Below are positions 48,864-56,855 of a DNA stretch of 64,000 bases, piece after piece. Position 1 is the first letter of the stretch. The number at the start of each line of letters is the position of its first letter. The DNA is taken from NCBI GenBank assembly GCA_937928385.1, contig CALEZD010000079.1, positions 296 to 64,295 on the forward strand. Direction: 5' to 3'. The notes below the pieces were generated by a model. That model saw nothing but the letters and a program-made list of their open reading frames with translations. It was not told where the DNA came from and searched no databases. A program made the translations under genes and the position numbers. Source of the stretch: an uncultured Bacteroidota bacterium (GTDB lineage: Bacteria; Bacteroidota; Bacteroidia; Chitinophagales; Chitinophagaceae).

Positions 48864-51248
48864 TTATGCTTTCTTGTTAAGCTTGTTTTTCAATTTATTA
48901 AGTACCCCTTTGCCTTTGCCATCTTCAAAATAATCGGCACCATAGCTTCCATACCCATACCCATATACGCCTCCTTTACTTTTCATATCGTTGACAACAA
49001 GGTTCATTTTCTGCATCTTGCCTGTACGCATCAGCTCATCTGCATTTCGCAACTGTTCTTTATATGTATAGTTCATCCTGCATACATACAATACTGTATC
49101 TGAGTATTTACCCAACAGTTGTGCATCTGTTACCAGGCCTACCGGTGCAGAGTCAACAACAATATAGTCATATTCTGATTTCAGCGTGTCAAAAAGCTCA
49201 TTAAGCTTTTTGGACGAAAGTAGTTCGGACGGATTGGGCGGCACAGCCCCCGACGGCATTACGTATAATGAAGGGGCAACACCTGACGGTTGTATTATCT
49301 CTCTTATGCCTGCCTGCCCTATTATGTATTGGGTAAACCCTTTTTTGTTTATAAAACCCAACGCTTCTGAAATCTTTGGTTTGCGCAGGTCGAGTTCCAG
49401 CAGTGCTACCTTCTCTCCTGAGAGGGAAAGCGTAACTGCAAGATTGAGGGCAACAAAAGATTTTCCCTCTCCGCTCATGCTGGATGTCATTAGTATTACT
49501 TTTTCATCTTCGCTGGCCAGTAAGAATTGCATATTGGTGCGCAGTGCCCTGAATTGTTCTGCAATTACTGTTTTACTTTCTTTAAAGACCACTACCTCCT
49601 CTCCTGTGTCGCTATGCCCTATTTCCGCAATGATACTCATGGAGGTCAGATTCTTTATCTCATCCTTACTGCCGATTTTTACGTTGAAAATCTCCTTAAT
49701 AAAAATCCAAAGGCCGGGAACAATAATGCCCAAAGCAAATGCAGCCAGGTATATACGCATAGGCTTGGGCGAATATGGTACTGTATCGCTTTTCGCAGGG
49801 TCTACTATGCGAGCATTTGCCACGGTAGATGATTTGGATATAGCGTTTTCTTCCCTCTTCTTTAGCAAAAAGAGGTATAATTCCTGTTTGATGTTCTGCT
49901 GGCGCGAGTATTCCAGATAGATACGCTCCTCTTCGGGTACCTGCCTGATTTGGTCATCAACAAATCCTGCACGGCTCTCAAGTTCTTTTATCGATACTTT
50001 TATGCCTTGCTTCATGATAGAGAGTGACCGTACCAGGTCTTCGCGAATATTCTCCAGTTGCTTGTCCAGGTTCATTACAAATGGGTTATTCTCGGTATTG
50101 GTCATCAGCAGCGCAGCTTTTTTGAGCTGCAGGTCGTTATAGCTTTTCATGGCGTTCATAGCGGCATCATCTTCTACCAGCAGCGACGATGGAACTATCC
50201 TGTCTTTGTTCCTGTCGTCATTCAGGTATTGCTCCAGCGATTCTACCACACGCAGCTTTACTTCTTTTTCAGTCAATTGCCGTGCATACTCACTGGTATA
50301 GTCCAGCAGCATTTTCGATTGTTCAGACAAATCTGTCAGCTTACGGCTGCTTTTGAATTGTTCTATATTTTTTTCAATGCCTGACAATTCATAAGTAACA
50401 CCTTTCAGGCGCTCATCTATGAATTCTACCGTAGCGTCAAGTGTCTTATTCCTGTCGTCAATATTGGCTTGCAGGTATGCTTTAATAAGTTCGTTCAGAA
50501 TATCTTCTCCCCGCTCGGGCAACACATCTGAAATGGAAAGTTGCAATATAGATGCCTTACTAACCGGGTCAACGTCCAACTGGCGCAGGGTTTTTATAGC
50601 CTGGTATTCAGTGGCTTTTATTTCTATACTGCAATTTGTCAGGTCGTAAGCCGGGTTAGCCAGCTTCCTCCTGTCTTTTATTATCACAGGGCCGATAGGC
50701 AGGTTAACAGTGTCTCCCCAAACTCCCTTCCATGAATTCTTTTTGTCAGTTATCACAAAACCTTCGTCACCCTTCGTTTCCAGCTGGTATTTATACCTGA
50801 GTGGCACATTGCCGTTATCAAACAACGGCACGAGCCTGAATGGTAAATCTGTATAATAATATTCGCTGGTTTTTATTCTGCCCGGTGCGTAGTAGTGTAT
50901 GTTCAATTGCAGCTCATCCACTACTCTTTTCATTAGTGTACGGCTTTTGAAAATCTCTACCTCGTTCTCTATATTGGCAGCAGTTGTTTGCAGCCCAAGC
51001 TCTTGCAGCAGTTGCCCTTCGCCTATACTACCCGATTTCTTTTCGTCTTTTATCAATACCTTGGCATAGGTCATGTACCTGGGCGTAGCGTAGCGTAGAT
51101 ATATATATGCTGATAGCATAGCAATTACTACACATACTGCCATTACCGGCCAATAAGACAATACAACTGATAACAGCCTTTCAGTTTTGATACTGTTATC
51201 ACTGCCCTTCCGCTCTTCTTTAAATATCGGCTCAAGGCTATCCTGCAT
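48864..51248 (-). CDS. wzc: Polysaccharide co-polymerase / BY-tyrosine kinase (Wzc/GumC family)
   Basis: 794-aa ORF. It has an N-terminal Wzz-like domain with two TM helices and a coiled-coil periplasmic region. Walker A is SSMSGEGKSFVALNLA, Walker B is IVVDSAP, and the C-terminal Tyr cluster is VYGYGYGSYGADY. Confidence 0.9.
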   Translation of the reverse strand: MQDSLEPIFKEERKGSDNSIKTERLLSVVLSYWPVMAVCVVIAMLSAYIYLRYATPRYMTYAKVLIKDEKKSGSIGEGQLLQELGLQTTAANIENEVEIFKSRTLMKRVVDELQLNIHYYAPGRIKTSEYYYTDLPFRLVPLFDNGNVPLRYKYQLETKGDEGFVITDKKNSWKGVWGDTVNLPIGPVIIKDRRKLANPAYDLTNCSIEIKATEYQAIKTLRQLDVDPVSKASILQLSISDVLPERGEDILNELIKAYLQANIDDRNKTLDATVEFIDERLKGVTYELSGIEKNIEQFKSSRKLTDLSEQSKMLLDYTSEYARQLTEKEVKLRVVESLEQYLNDDRNKDRIVPSSLLVEDDAAMNAMKSYNDLQLKKAALLMTNTENNPFVMNLDKQLENIREDLVRSLSIMKQGIKVSIKELESRAGFVDDQIRQVPEEERIYLEYSRQQNIKQELYLFLLKKREENAISKSSTVANARIVDPAKSDTVPYSPKPMRIYLAAFALGIIVPGLWIFIKEIFNVKIGSKDEIKNLTSMSIIAEIGHSDTGEEVVVFKESKTVIAEQFRALRTNMQFLLASEDEKVILMTSSMSGEGKSFVALNLAVTLSLSGEKVALLELDLRKPKISEALGFINKKGFTQYIIGQAGIREIIQPSGVAPSLYVMPSGAVPPNPSELLSSKKLNELFDTLKSEYDYIVVDSAPVGLVTDAQLLGKYSDTVLYVCRMNYTYKEQLRNADELMRTGKMQKMNLVVNDMKSKGGVYGYGYGSYGADYFEDGKGKGVLNKLKNKLNKKA

Positions 51249-51265
51249 AGATGATGAACCCTATG

Positions 51266-52081
51266 TTAGTTTAATCTTGTAATCAGGGTTACAGCAGTCA
51301 AAGATACTGTAATAACCCCAAGCATCAGGGTCACAAACCTGGTGGAACGCTCGTCGGTAGTGCCCGCTCTTGCAAATGCTTTCAGCGGCTCCACATAAAT
51401 CTTATCTCCCGACTGCAAATAGTAATATTTTGAATTGACGATATCAGTGGAGTTAATATTAACCCGGGTAAAAACAGATTCTCCATTCTCTTCCCTGATA
51501 ACTATTATATTATCCCTTTTACCTCCTAAAGTCATATCGCCGGCAAGCCCCAGTGCATCAATAATATTTATTTTTTCATTGGCCACTACAAACAGGCCGG
51601 GGCGTTTAACCTCACCCAATACGGTAATGTAAAAGCTTGCTATCCTTACATTAATAAGAGGGTCTTTATAATATTTCAACGCTTTCGACCGCACTAATTC
51701 TTTCACTTCCATAGTTGTGAGGCCTTCTACTGCCAGTTTACCTAATATAGGTATTTCCACCATCCCGTTTTTATCTACCATGTACCCTTTTATTTGGGTG
51801 GTAGATGCGGTTGATTCCTCTCCTTTGGCCTGCTGTACAGCAGTGATGCCCCCTATGTTAGCATCTATGGTAGTTACTTCAATGTTTAATATATCACCTT
51901 TGTGTATCACAGGTTCGCGGTATTCAGCATTCCGGACACGTTTCTCCACAGCAATACTGTCTGCTACGTCTTGAAAATATGCTACTTGTTTTGCGCTGTT
52001 ACATGCTGAAAAAGCTATGATAACAGCCAGCAGCGATATAAATGCAACACGGGTATGAATTCCTGGCATAAACAATTTCAT
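51266..52081 (-). CDS. wza: Polysaccharide export outer-membrane lipoprotein (Wza/BexD family)
   Basis: 271-aa ORF with lipobox IIAFSAC, a Poly_export motif (IHKGDILNIEV) and an SLBB-like domain (GEVKRPG). It has a C-terminal hydrophobic helix. Confidence 0.85.
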   Translation of the reverse strand: MKLFMPGIHTRVAFISLLAVIIAFSACNSAKQVAYFQDVADSIAVEKRVRNAEYREPVIHKGDILNIEVTTIDANIGGITAVQQAKGEESTASTTQIKGYMVDKNGMVEIPILGKLAVEGLTTMEVKELVRSKALKYYKDPLINVRIASFYITVLGEVKRPGLFVVANEKINIIDALGLAGDMTLGGKRDNIIVIREENGESVFTRVNINSTDIVNSKYYYLQSGDKIYVEPLKAFARAGTTDERSTRFVTLMLGVITVSLTAVTLITRLN

Positions 52082-52176
52082 TGTAAACGTGATATTTTGC
52101 CCAAATGTAGTGAAAAAGACAGGCGATTTATATAATTGGCCATTACTATTCTATAAATGCTATTTTCCGGCATATA

Positions 52177-52671
52177 CTACTTCCCGGCCTTACTCAGCGA
52201 TTGTAACGGCAATTTTGCCGTCATATTCAGCCCAAGCGTACGCAAGTGAAGAATAGCTTTATTCCCTTTTATCATCAGTATCTTTCCTTCAGCATCCTTC
52301 AGCGGCCCTTCTGTTACTCTTATATTCTGGCCTGTCTTTAGCTCTACGGTTATTTCTGCGTCTTTATAATCATTCAGAAAGCTTTTAATAGCCTGTATTT
52401 CACCGCTCCTTACCACTCCCGGCGCTCCATTCCACCATAAAAACCGGACAACACCCGGGGTAAGTAATACCTCTATGCTATCTTTTTTATAGTCTTCGAG
52501 CTGTACAAACACATAAGATTTAAAAACAGGTTCAGCCACTTTTTTCTTGCGGTCGCTCCATTGTCTTACCTCCTCTTTCAGCGGGCAATACACATCAATA
52601 CCTTTTTCGATAAGTAGTGCCGTGACTTTTTTTTCATTTCGGGGTTTGGTATATAATACGTACCATTTCAT
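52177..52671 (-). CDS. UpxY-family (NusG-like) transcription antiterminator
   Basis: 164-aa ORF with NGN domain start KWYVLYTKPRNEKKV and a C-terminal KOW-like GPLKDAEGKILMIKGNKAILHL. Confidence 0.85.
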   Translation of the reverse strand: MKWYVLYTKPRNEKKVTALLIEKGIDVYCPLKEEVRQWSDRKKKVAEPVFKSYVFVQLEDYKKDSIEVLLTPGVVRFLWWNGAPGVVRSGEIQAIKSFLNDYKDAEITVELKTGQNIRVTEGPLKDAEGKILMIKGNKAILHLRTLGLNMTAKLPLQSLSKAGK

Positions 52672-52676
52672 AGTTC

Positions 52677-53213
52677 TTAGCCTTTATGCTCCCACAATAA
52701 CAGGTGTGCGCTGATTTCGTCCGAGGTGTTTTTTTCTTCCCATTCAGCCACATCGTATATTATAAATCTCACTTTTTTATTTATCATCTTCTCAGCCTTG
52801 CTCACCATATCCAACAGGTATTTTTTGTCTATCTCTCCTACAAATGTCAGGTCTATTATACCGGAGTCCCTGCCCAGTGCGTAATCTCCTGTCAGGTACA
52901 CCTTTTCCAGTTTACCCATCCGCTCAATTATAGCATCTATTATCTTATCAACACCTATGTACTTCAGCAATATGCTATGAATATCCCTGAACAGTGGGTG
53001 GCTATCATTTGCTTTATACATTTTTTTATTGCCTTTGTTCTCCGACAACAACATATTCGCTTCCTCAAACCGGTTTAACTCTACGCGTACACTATTAGTG
53101 CTTTCGTCAAACTCCTCGGCCAGTCCACGTAAATAGGCCGTAGTGCCCGGATTGAGGAACAACCGCAACAGCAGTTTTATCCTGGTGCGCGATGATATTA
53201 GTGTTTCCAGCAT
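52677..53213 (-). CDS. Winged-helix (ArsR-like) regulator with C-terminal nucleotidyltransferase-like domain
   Basis: 178-aa ORF. The N-terminus (RTRIKLLLRLFLNPGTTAYLRGLAEEFDESTNSVRVELNRFEEANML) has a wHTH layout. The C-terminal LTGDYALGRDSGIIDLTFVG resembles the minimal NTase G-S/x ... D-x-D motif. Its stop is 5 nt from the upxY start. Confidence 0.55.
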   Translation of the reverse strand: MLETLISSRTRIKLLLRLFLNPGTTAYLRGLAEEFDESTNSVRVELNRFEEANMLLSENKGNKKMYKANDSHPLFRDIHSILLKYIGVDKIIDAIIERMGKLEKVYLTGDYALGRDSGIIDLTFVGEIDKKYLLDMVSKAEKMINKKVRFIIYDVAEWEEKNTSDEISAHLLLWEHKG

Positions 53214-53281
53214 GTCATTATTTTTAAGAGCTATTTGCCTTTGGGCATGGCTTCGCCATTGTCAGCCACATAAGACGACAA

Positions 53282-53310
53282 CAGGTTGAGTAAAATAATT
53301 ACTCAACCTG
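53282..53310. terminator. 11-bp perfect inverted repeat (terminator of upstream gene or 5'-leader structure)
   Basis: CAGGTTGAGTA (53282-53292) and TACTCAACCTG (53300-53310) flank a 7-nt loop. There is no adjacent T-run on either strand. Confidence 0.4.
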
Positions 53311-53313
53311 TAA

Positions 53314-53321
53314 CAAAAATA
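53314..53321 (-). promoter_or_regulatory. Candidate -7 promoter box (TAnnTTTG) for regulator-upxY-wza transcript
   Basis: The minus strand reads TATTTTTG, immediately upstream of the 53282-53310 hairpin and about 100 nt upstream of the regulator start. Confidence 0.3.
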
Positions 53322-53359
53322 TGAATAAAAAATGCTAAAGTAAAGGGGTGCAGCCTCGT

Positions 53360-54412
53360 TTATAAGGCTAAGGTTTTGATGTCTTCCTGGGCTTTTACGA
53401 AGTCATTGTGCTTACCGATATCCAACCAGTACCCAAGTATCGGGAAGGAAACCAGCTTTTTGCCCTGGCTGATGATGGAATCCATCAGGTCGGTCACATT
53501 GTAAAATTCGTTATGCGGAACTAATGACAACAACTCTTTTTTGATGATATAAATGCCTGCATTTGAATAATAGGTGTAGCAAGGTTTCTCTTTCAATGCG
53601 TTTACAAAGTTTCCGTTGTCCACTTCCATCACTCCATAAGGCACTTCGACACTATACATAGTAGTGGCTACTGCCATATCGGCCCCGGACCTGAGAAATG
53701 CCTGGAAAAAACCATTGAAATCTATATCTGTCAGCAGGTCAGAGTTCATCACCATCACATAGTCGTGCTCCAGTTCTTCTACCATTTTTACCGAACCCAG
53801 GGTACCCAGCGGCTTATCTTCATGTACATAGCTGATAGACACACCCTTATCGCTGCCGTCTTTAAAGTAATCCTGTATCTGTTCGGCCAGGTAGTTAACG
53901 CTCAGGTAAATGTTTTTGATGCCGAATTTCACCAGCCTGTCAATATTATGCTCCAGTATAGGTTTATCGCCTACCTGCAACATGGGCTTGGGGGTATCTG
54001 CTGTCAAAGGCATCAGGCGCTGGCCACGGCCACCGGCCATTATAAATACATCTGCCGGTACTACCGATTGTATTTCAGATAAATTCAGGATTTTAACTAC
54101 TTTCCGGTCCCTGTCTACTACCGGTATCACCATGAAGTTCCTCAACCTCATGTTGTTGAAATCCGTCTTATGTATTTCGTCCTGGTACACAAACAGCGGG
54201 TCGGGCTGAAGGTAATCCATCAGTGAGTTATCGAAGGTCAGCCCTTTGATAAATCCGCGGCGCAGGTCGCCGTCCGTCAGCGAGCCAATGAGCTTTTCCT
54301 GCTCATCTACCACTATCAGGATGGTATTTTTCTTCAGGTCGTTCAGCTTTATCAGCGCGTCCCGCACTGTTTCGTAGCTGTATAAAATGTGTTTCTTGTC
54401 TGTGTTGTACAT
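53360..54412 (-). CDS. CBS-domain sugar-1-phosphate nucleotidyltransferase (PtmE-like)
   Basis: 350-aa ORF with an N-terminal CBS pair (LIGSLTDGDLRRG). The C-terminal NTP-transferase domain has IMAGGRGQRLMPLTADTPKPML. Confidence 0.85.
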   Translation of the reverse strand: MYNTDKKHILYSYETVRDALIKLNDLKKNTILIVVDEQEKLIGSLTDGDLRRGFIKGLTFDNSLMDYLQPDPLFVYQDEIHKTDFNNMRLRNFMVIPVVDRDRKVVKILNLSEIQSVVPADVFIMAGGRGQRLMPLTADTPKPMLQVGDKPILEHNIDRLVKFGIKNIYLSVNYLAEQIQDYFKDGSDKGVSISYVHEDKPLGTLGSVKMVEELEHDYVMVMNSDLLTDIDFNGFFQAFLRSGADMAVATTMYSVEVPYGVMEVDNGNFVNALKEKPCYTYYSNAGIYIIKKELLSLVPHNEFYNVTDLMDSIISQGKKLVSFPILGYWLDIGKHNDFVKAQEDIKTLAL

Positions 54413-54558
54413 AGTGTTTTCTTTTTCTCAGTCCTTATACTGGTTGCAAAGTATAACCGCAGTAGTATATAGCGGAAAAAAGCTAATGGGATAACATCAG
54501 GACAACATGGTGATAACAAACGATTTACATTTCGGAAAGCCCCCGGTTAGTGATGCCA

Positions 54559-54622
54559 TTTAACTCGTTAGTGAATGTTTTTTTATTTGCCTCGTTGAGA
54601 CCGCTATCGCTAAGTTTGTATC
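54559..54622 (+). repeat. Copy 1 of 64-nt direct repeat (137-bp period)
   Basis: TTTAACTCGTTAGTGAATGT...GCCTCGTTGAGACCGCTATCGCTAAGTTTGTATC is near-identical to 54696-54759. Confidence 0.9.
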
Positions 54623-54642
54623 ATTTTGTATCGTTTTGTATC
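54615..54642 (+). repeat. Three 10-bp-phased TTTGTATC iterons
   Basis: TTTGTATC occurs at 54615-22, 54625-32 and 54635-42, exactly one helical turn apart. The TGTATC core recurs at 54754-59 and 54785-90. Confidence 0.85.
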
Positions 54643-54695
54643 GCCACAGGGGGTATCGCAGGATTTTATATTCCTGTTACGATGGAGCAGGCTGT

Positions 54696-54759
54696 TTTAA
54701 CTCGTTAGTGAATGTCTTTTTTATTTGCCTCGTTGAGATCGCTATCGCTAAGTTGTATC
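54696..54759 (+). repeat. Copy 2 of 64-nt direct repeat
   Basis: Same sequence as copy 1 apart from a few substitutions or indels. It is followed by the 16-bp perfect palindrome CCCCGCCGCGGCGGGG (54759-54774) and a second TGTATCGCCACAGGGGTATC (54785-54804; compare 54637-54657). Confidence 0.9.
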
Positions 54760-55641
54760 CCCGCCGCGGCGGGGCAGGCTGTTGTGTATCGCCACAGGGG
54801 TATCAGCCTGAAGTTTTTCTGCCAAGCGGGGAAAAGACTGTACAGCCGGGGGCGGGGCTACGGTATCGCCGTCCTCCGTTTCTGCTTCTTCTTCCTGCGC
54901 ACCCTCGCCGGCATAGTAGCCCGATTCTTCCAACTGCTCATCGGCAAATTTTTTCAGCTCGCGCCATTTCTCGTAATTACGCGTCTGCTCCTCTTCCATC
55001 CTTTTGATATCTTCATTTGTAGGCACATAGTCCAATACCCGCAGCCCCTTTTCTGCATATTCGCGGGCCATGTACGGGTTGTCACGTACTGTTTTTGCGC
55101 GCATGCCGGGGTTGTAGTCCGGGCCATAGCGCATCTCGTTATATTCTTCCAGTTCATTTACAAACTGCCTATAGGATGGGGTTTGGGATTTCGGCTTTTC
55201 GCCAACCGGTTCATCACCAGGCTGCCCCTTGCGGCTGTACCAGTCGTTGGCCAGTTTGGTATCGGCCTCTATAGCGCGTATGATCATAAAGGGCGGCATA
55301 TCAGTTTCCACCATTTCCAGCCTGTCTTTTACCCGGTAGTGTCTTTTTATTTTCACTTCACCCGCTATGATGGCCCGCAGTTGGCGGCGTTTCAGCAGCA
55401 TGGTAGCATACTCCTGCTCTGCCAGCCGCTGTTCTTCTTCGTGGTAGCGGTTAACGGCTTCCTGCTGGGTGGCTGCGAGCCGCTCGCTGATGTATTGCCT
55501 GACATCGGGGTGGTTGGCCAGCCTGCGGGCGGCAATTTTGAGCGCCTCGCCTGTGGCATGGGGGTAGGCAGCTTTGTAGGCTTGGTCTTTATCGCCCGAG
55601 AGGAGGTAATGGTGGGCGAAGAGTTCATGTTCTATTTTCAT
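54748..55641 (-). CDS. Terminase-small-subunit-like (Terminase_2/HTH) protein, orphan
   Basis: The ORF track gives 54748-55740. I prefer Met34 (55641), where MKIEHELFAHHYLLSGDKDQAYKAAYPHATGEALKIAARRLANHPDVRQYISERL matches the TerS N-terminal HTH pattern (F..EYL..gn...AA..AGYs...A...a.rLL.np.V...I). The C-terminal tail is acidic. Confidence 0.5.
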   Translation of the reverse strand: MKIEHELFAHHYLLSGDKDQAYKAAYPHATGEALKIAARRLANHPDVRQYISERLAATQQEAVNRYHEEEQRLAEQEYATMLLKRRQLRAIIAGEVKIKRHYRVKDRLEMVETDMPPFMIIRAIEADTKLANDWYSRKGQPGDEPVGEKPKSQTPSYRQFVNELEEYNEMRYGPDYNPGMRAKTVRDNPYMAREYAEKGLRVLDYVPTNEDIKRMEEEQTRNYEKWRELKKFADEQLEESGYYAGEGAQEEEAETEDGDTVAPPPAVQSFPRLAEKLQADTPVAIHNSLPRRGGDTT

Positions 55642-55805
55642 AGTGATGGCTATTGCGGCCCATCCCGAGGGAAAGGCCGGGTTTTCCGATAATACAAATA
55701 TAGCAATTTTATACGAAATCAGCAATATTTGTGAATTCAAAATTCAAAACTCAAAATTCAAAAGAGGTGTTGTGTGTCCGGCGCGAAAGGCTCCCGGCCC
55801 CTCCA

Positions 55806-55850
55806 CTGGCGCCGGTCTTCCGAAGGGTGACCTGTGTCAGATTAAGTCAC
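55806..55850 (+). repeat. 45-nt REP-like element, copy A
   Basis: CTGGCGCCGGTCTTCCGAAGGGTGACCTGTGTCAGATTAAGTCAC contains a 7-bp stem (GGGTGAC at 55825-31, GTCACCC at 55846-52). It is followed by the palindrome CCGGTCTGAGACCGG (55851-55865). Confidence 0.85.
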
Positions 55851-55912
55851 CCGGTCTGAGACCGGCATTATTTGTTTGTCAGCTTAATAATATATTCGTT
55901 GAAAAATAGCAT

Positions 55913-56464
55913 ATGTCAGGCAGGTACAAAGTCAGGGAGAGTTTCAAGCCTCATTTCGTTACGAGTACAGTAGTGGGTTGGGCGGACGCAATCAGCAGGC
56001 CGGAATACAAAGACATCATACTGGATAGCCTGCGTTATTGCCGTCAGCATAAAAACCTGTTGATACATGCCTGGGTAATTATGAATAACCATATTCACCT
56101 GATAGTAAGTGCAGCCAATGATGCGGACCTACCGGATATTATCCGGGATTTTAAGAAATACACCAGCGGCAGGTTGATTGAAGCCATTTCATCCAACACG
56201 ACTGAAAGCAGGAAGAAATGGTTGCTGAATATGTTTTTGTTTGCAGGGAAAGGTAATCATGATAATGAGCGCTACCAGTTTTGGCAAAAAGATTATCATC
56301 CGATTGAATTGAGCAATGATACTTTATTCCAGCAGAGGTTGGACTATCTGCATGAAAACCCGGTGCGTGCGGGTATAGTGCGTGAGCCGCAACATTATTT
56401 GTATAGCAGCGCTATAGACTACTATGAACAGAAGCCGGGCTTACTTGCCCTGGATATGTTTTAG
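55913..56464 (+). CDS. rayT: REP-associated tyrosine transposase (RayT; IS200-like Y1 transposase)
   Basis: 183-aa ORF with the HUH motif (NHIHLIV), preceded by FVTSTVVGWADAISRPEYKD, and a C-terminal Tyr region (NPVRAGIVREPQHYLYSS). Confidence 0.85.
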   Translation: MSGRYKVRESFKPHFVTSTVVGWADAISRPEYKDIILDSLRYCRQHKNLLIHAWVIMNNHIHLIVSAANDADLPDIIRDFKKYTSGRLIEAISSNTTESRKKWLLNMFLFAGKGNHDNERYQFWQKDYHPIELSNDTLFQQRLDYLHENPVRAGIVREPQHYLYSSAIDYYEQKPGLLALDMF

Positions 56465-56490
56465 TGCTTTCATCTGCTTTTGGTACTCTG

Positions 56491-56512
56491 AATGCCGGTC
56501 AGAGACCGGGTA
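56491..56512 (+). repeat. Right inverted REP arm downstream of rayT
   Basis: AATGCCGGTCAGAGACCGGGTA has the hairpin core CCGGTC-aga-GACCGG (56495-56509). It matches the reverse complement of 55848-55869 at 19 of 21 positions by eye. Confidence 0.8.
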
Positions 56513-56855
56513 AACTAGCAGACACGGATGCCCGCCCGGATGAACCCCGCCAGAATGAACTTGTCGGGCTGGCGTTCGGACGGGCCCTGCTGAACATCCG
56601 CGCCAGTGGGGAAACCATGACAATTAGATTAGCGACCAATTAAATTTTAGCCACACACTGTAATATCTATAATTTGTAAGGTGTACATTTTCAATACCTG
56701 TAATTTTTATGAAAAAAGTAAACGAGAAAAACACCCCCCTTTTGTAAGGATAATGTTTTATAACATTGTTTACAAGTTTGAAGAACCGGTTCAACATTTG
56801 TATGCGTTAGCTGAAAAGCAGAAATAGAGTAGGCATTAACCATAAATTTTAAAAT

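Larger units (their letters stand above)
55803..56610 (+). mobile_element. REPtron-like module: rayT flanked by inverted REP-like hairpin elements
   Basis: The Y1 transposase gene is bracketed by the inverted arms AATGCCGGTC-nn-AGACCGGGT (55848-55869 on the reverse strand; 56491-56512 forward). An inverted CCACTGGCGC/GCGCCAGTGG pair lies further out. Confidence 0.65.

Noticed and set aside
52082-53359. Looked for an ops-like GGCGGTAG element, as used by RfaH-type NusG paralogues, in the leaders around upxY
   Set aside because: I saw no match on either strand in the two leader regions. UpxY recognition sites in Bacteroides are not ops-like, so its absence is uninformative.
54712-55692. 326-aa plus-strand ORF fully antisense to the TerS-like gene
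   Set aside because: Its composition (Phe/Leu/Arg/Gly/Cys-rich, no recognisable motif) is typical of a shadow ORF in a G+C-rich segment. The minus-strand frame has a recognisable HTH pattern and protein-like charge distribution.
56441-56623. 60-aa minus-strand ORF downstream of rayT
   Set aside because: It lies wholly in the GC-rich right REP arm. The Pro/Gly/His/Arg-rich translation looks like an artefact of the repeat.
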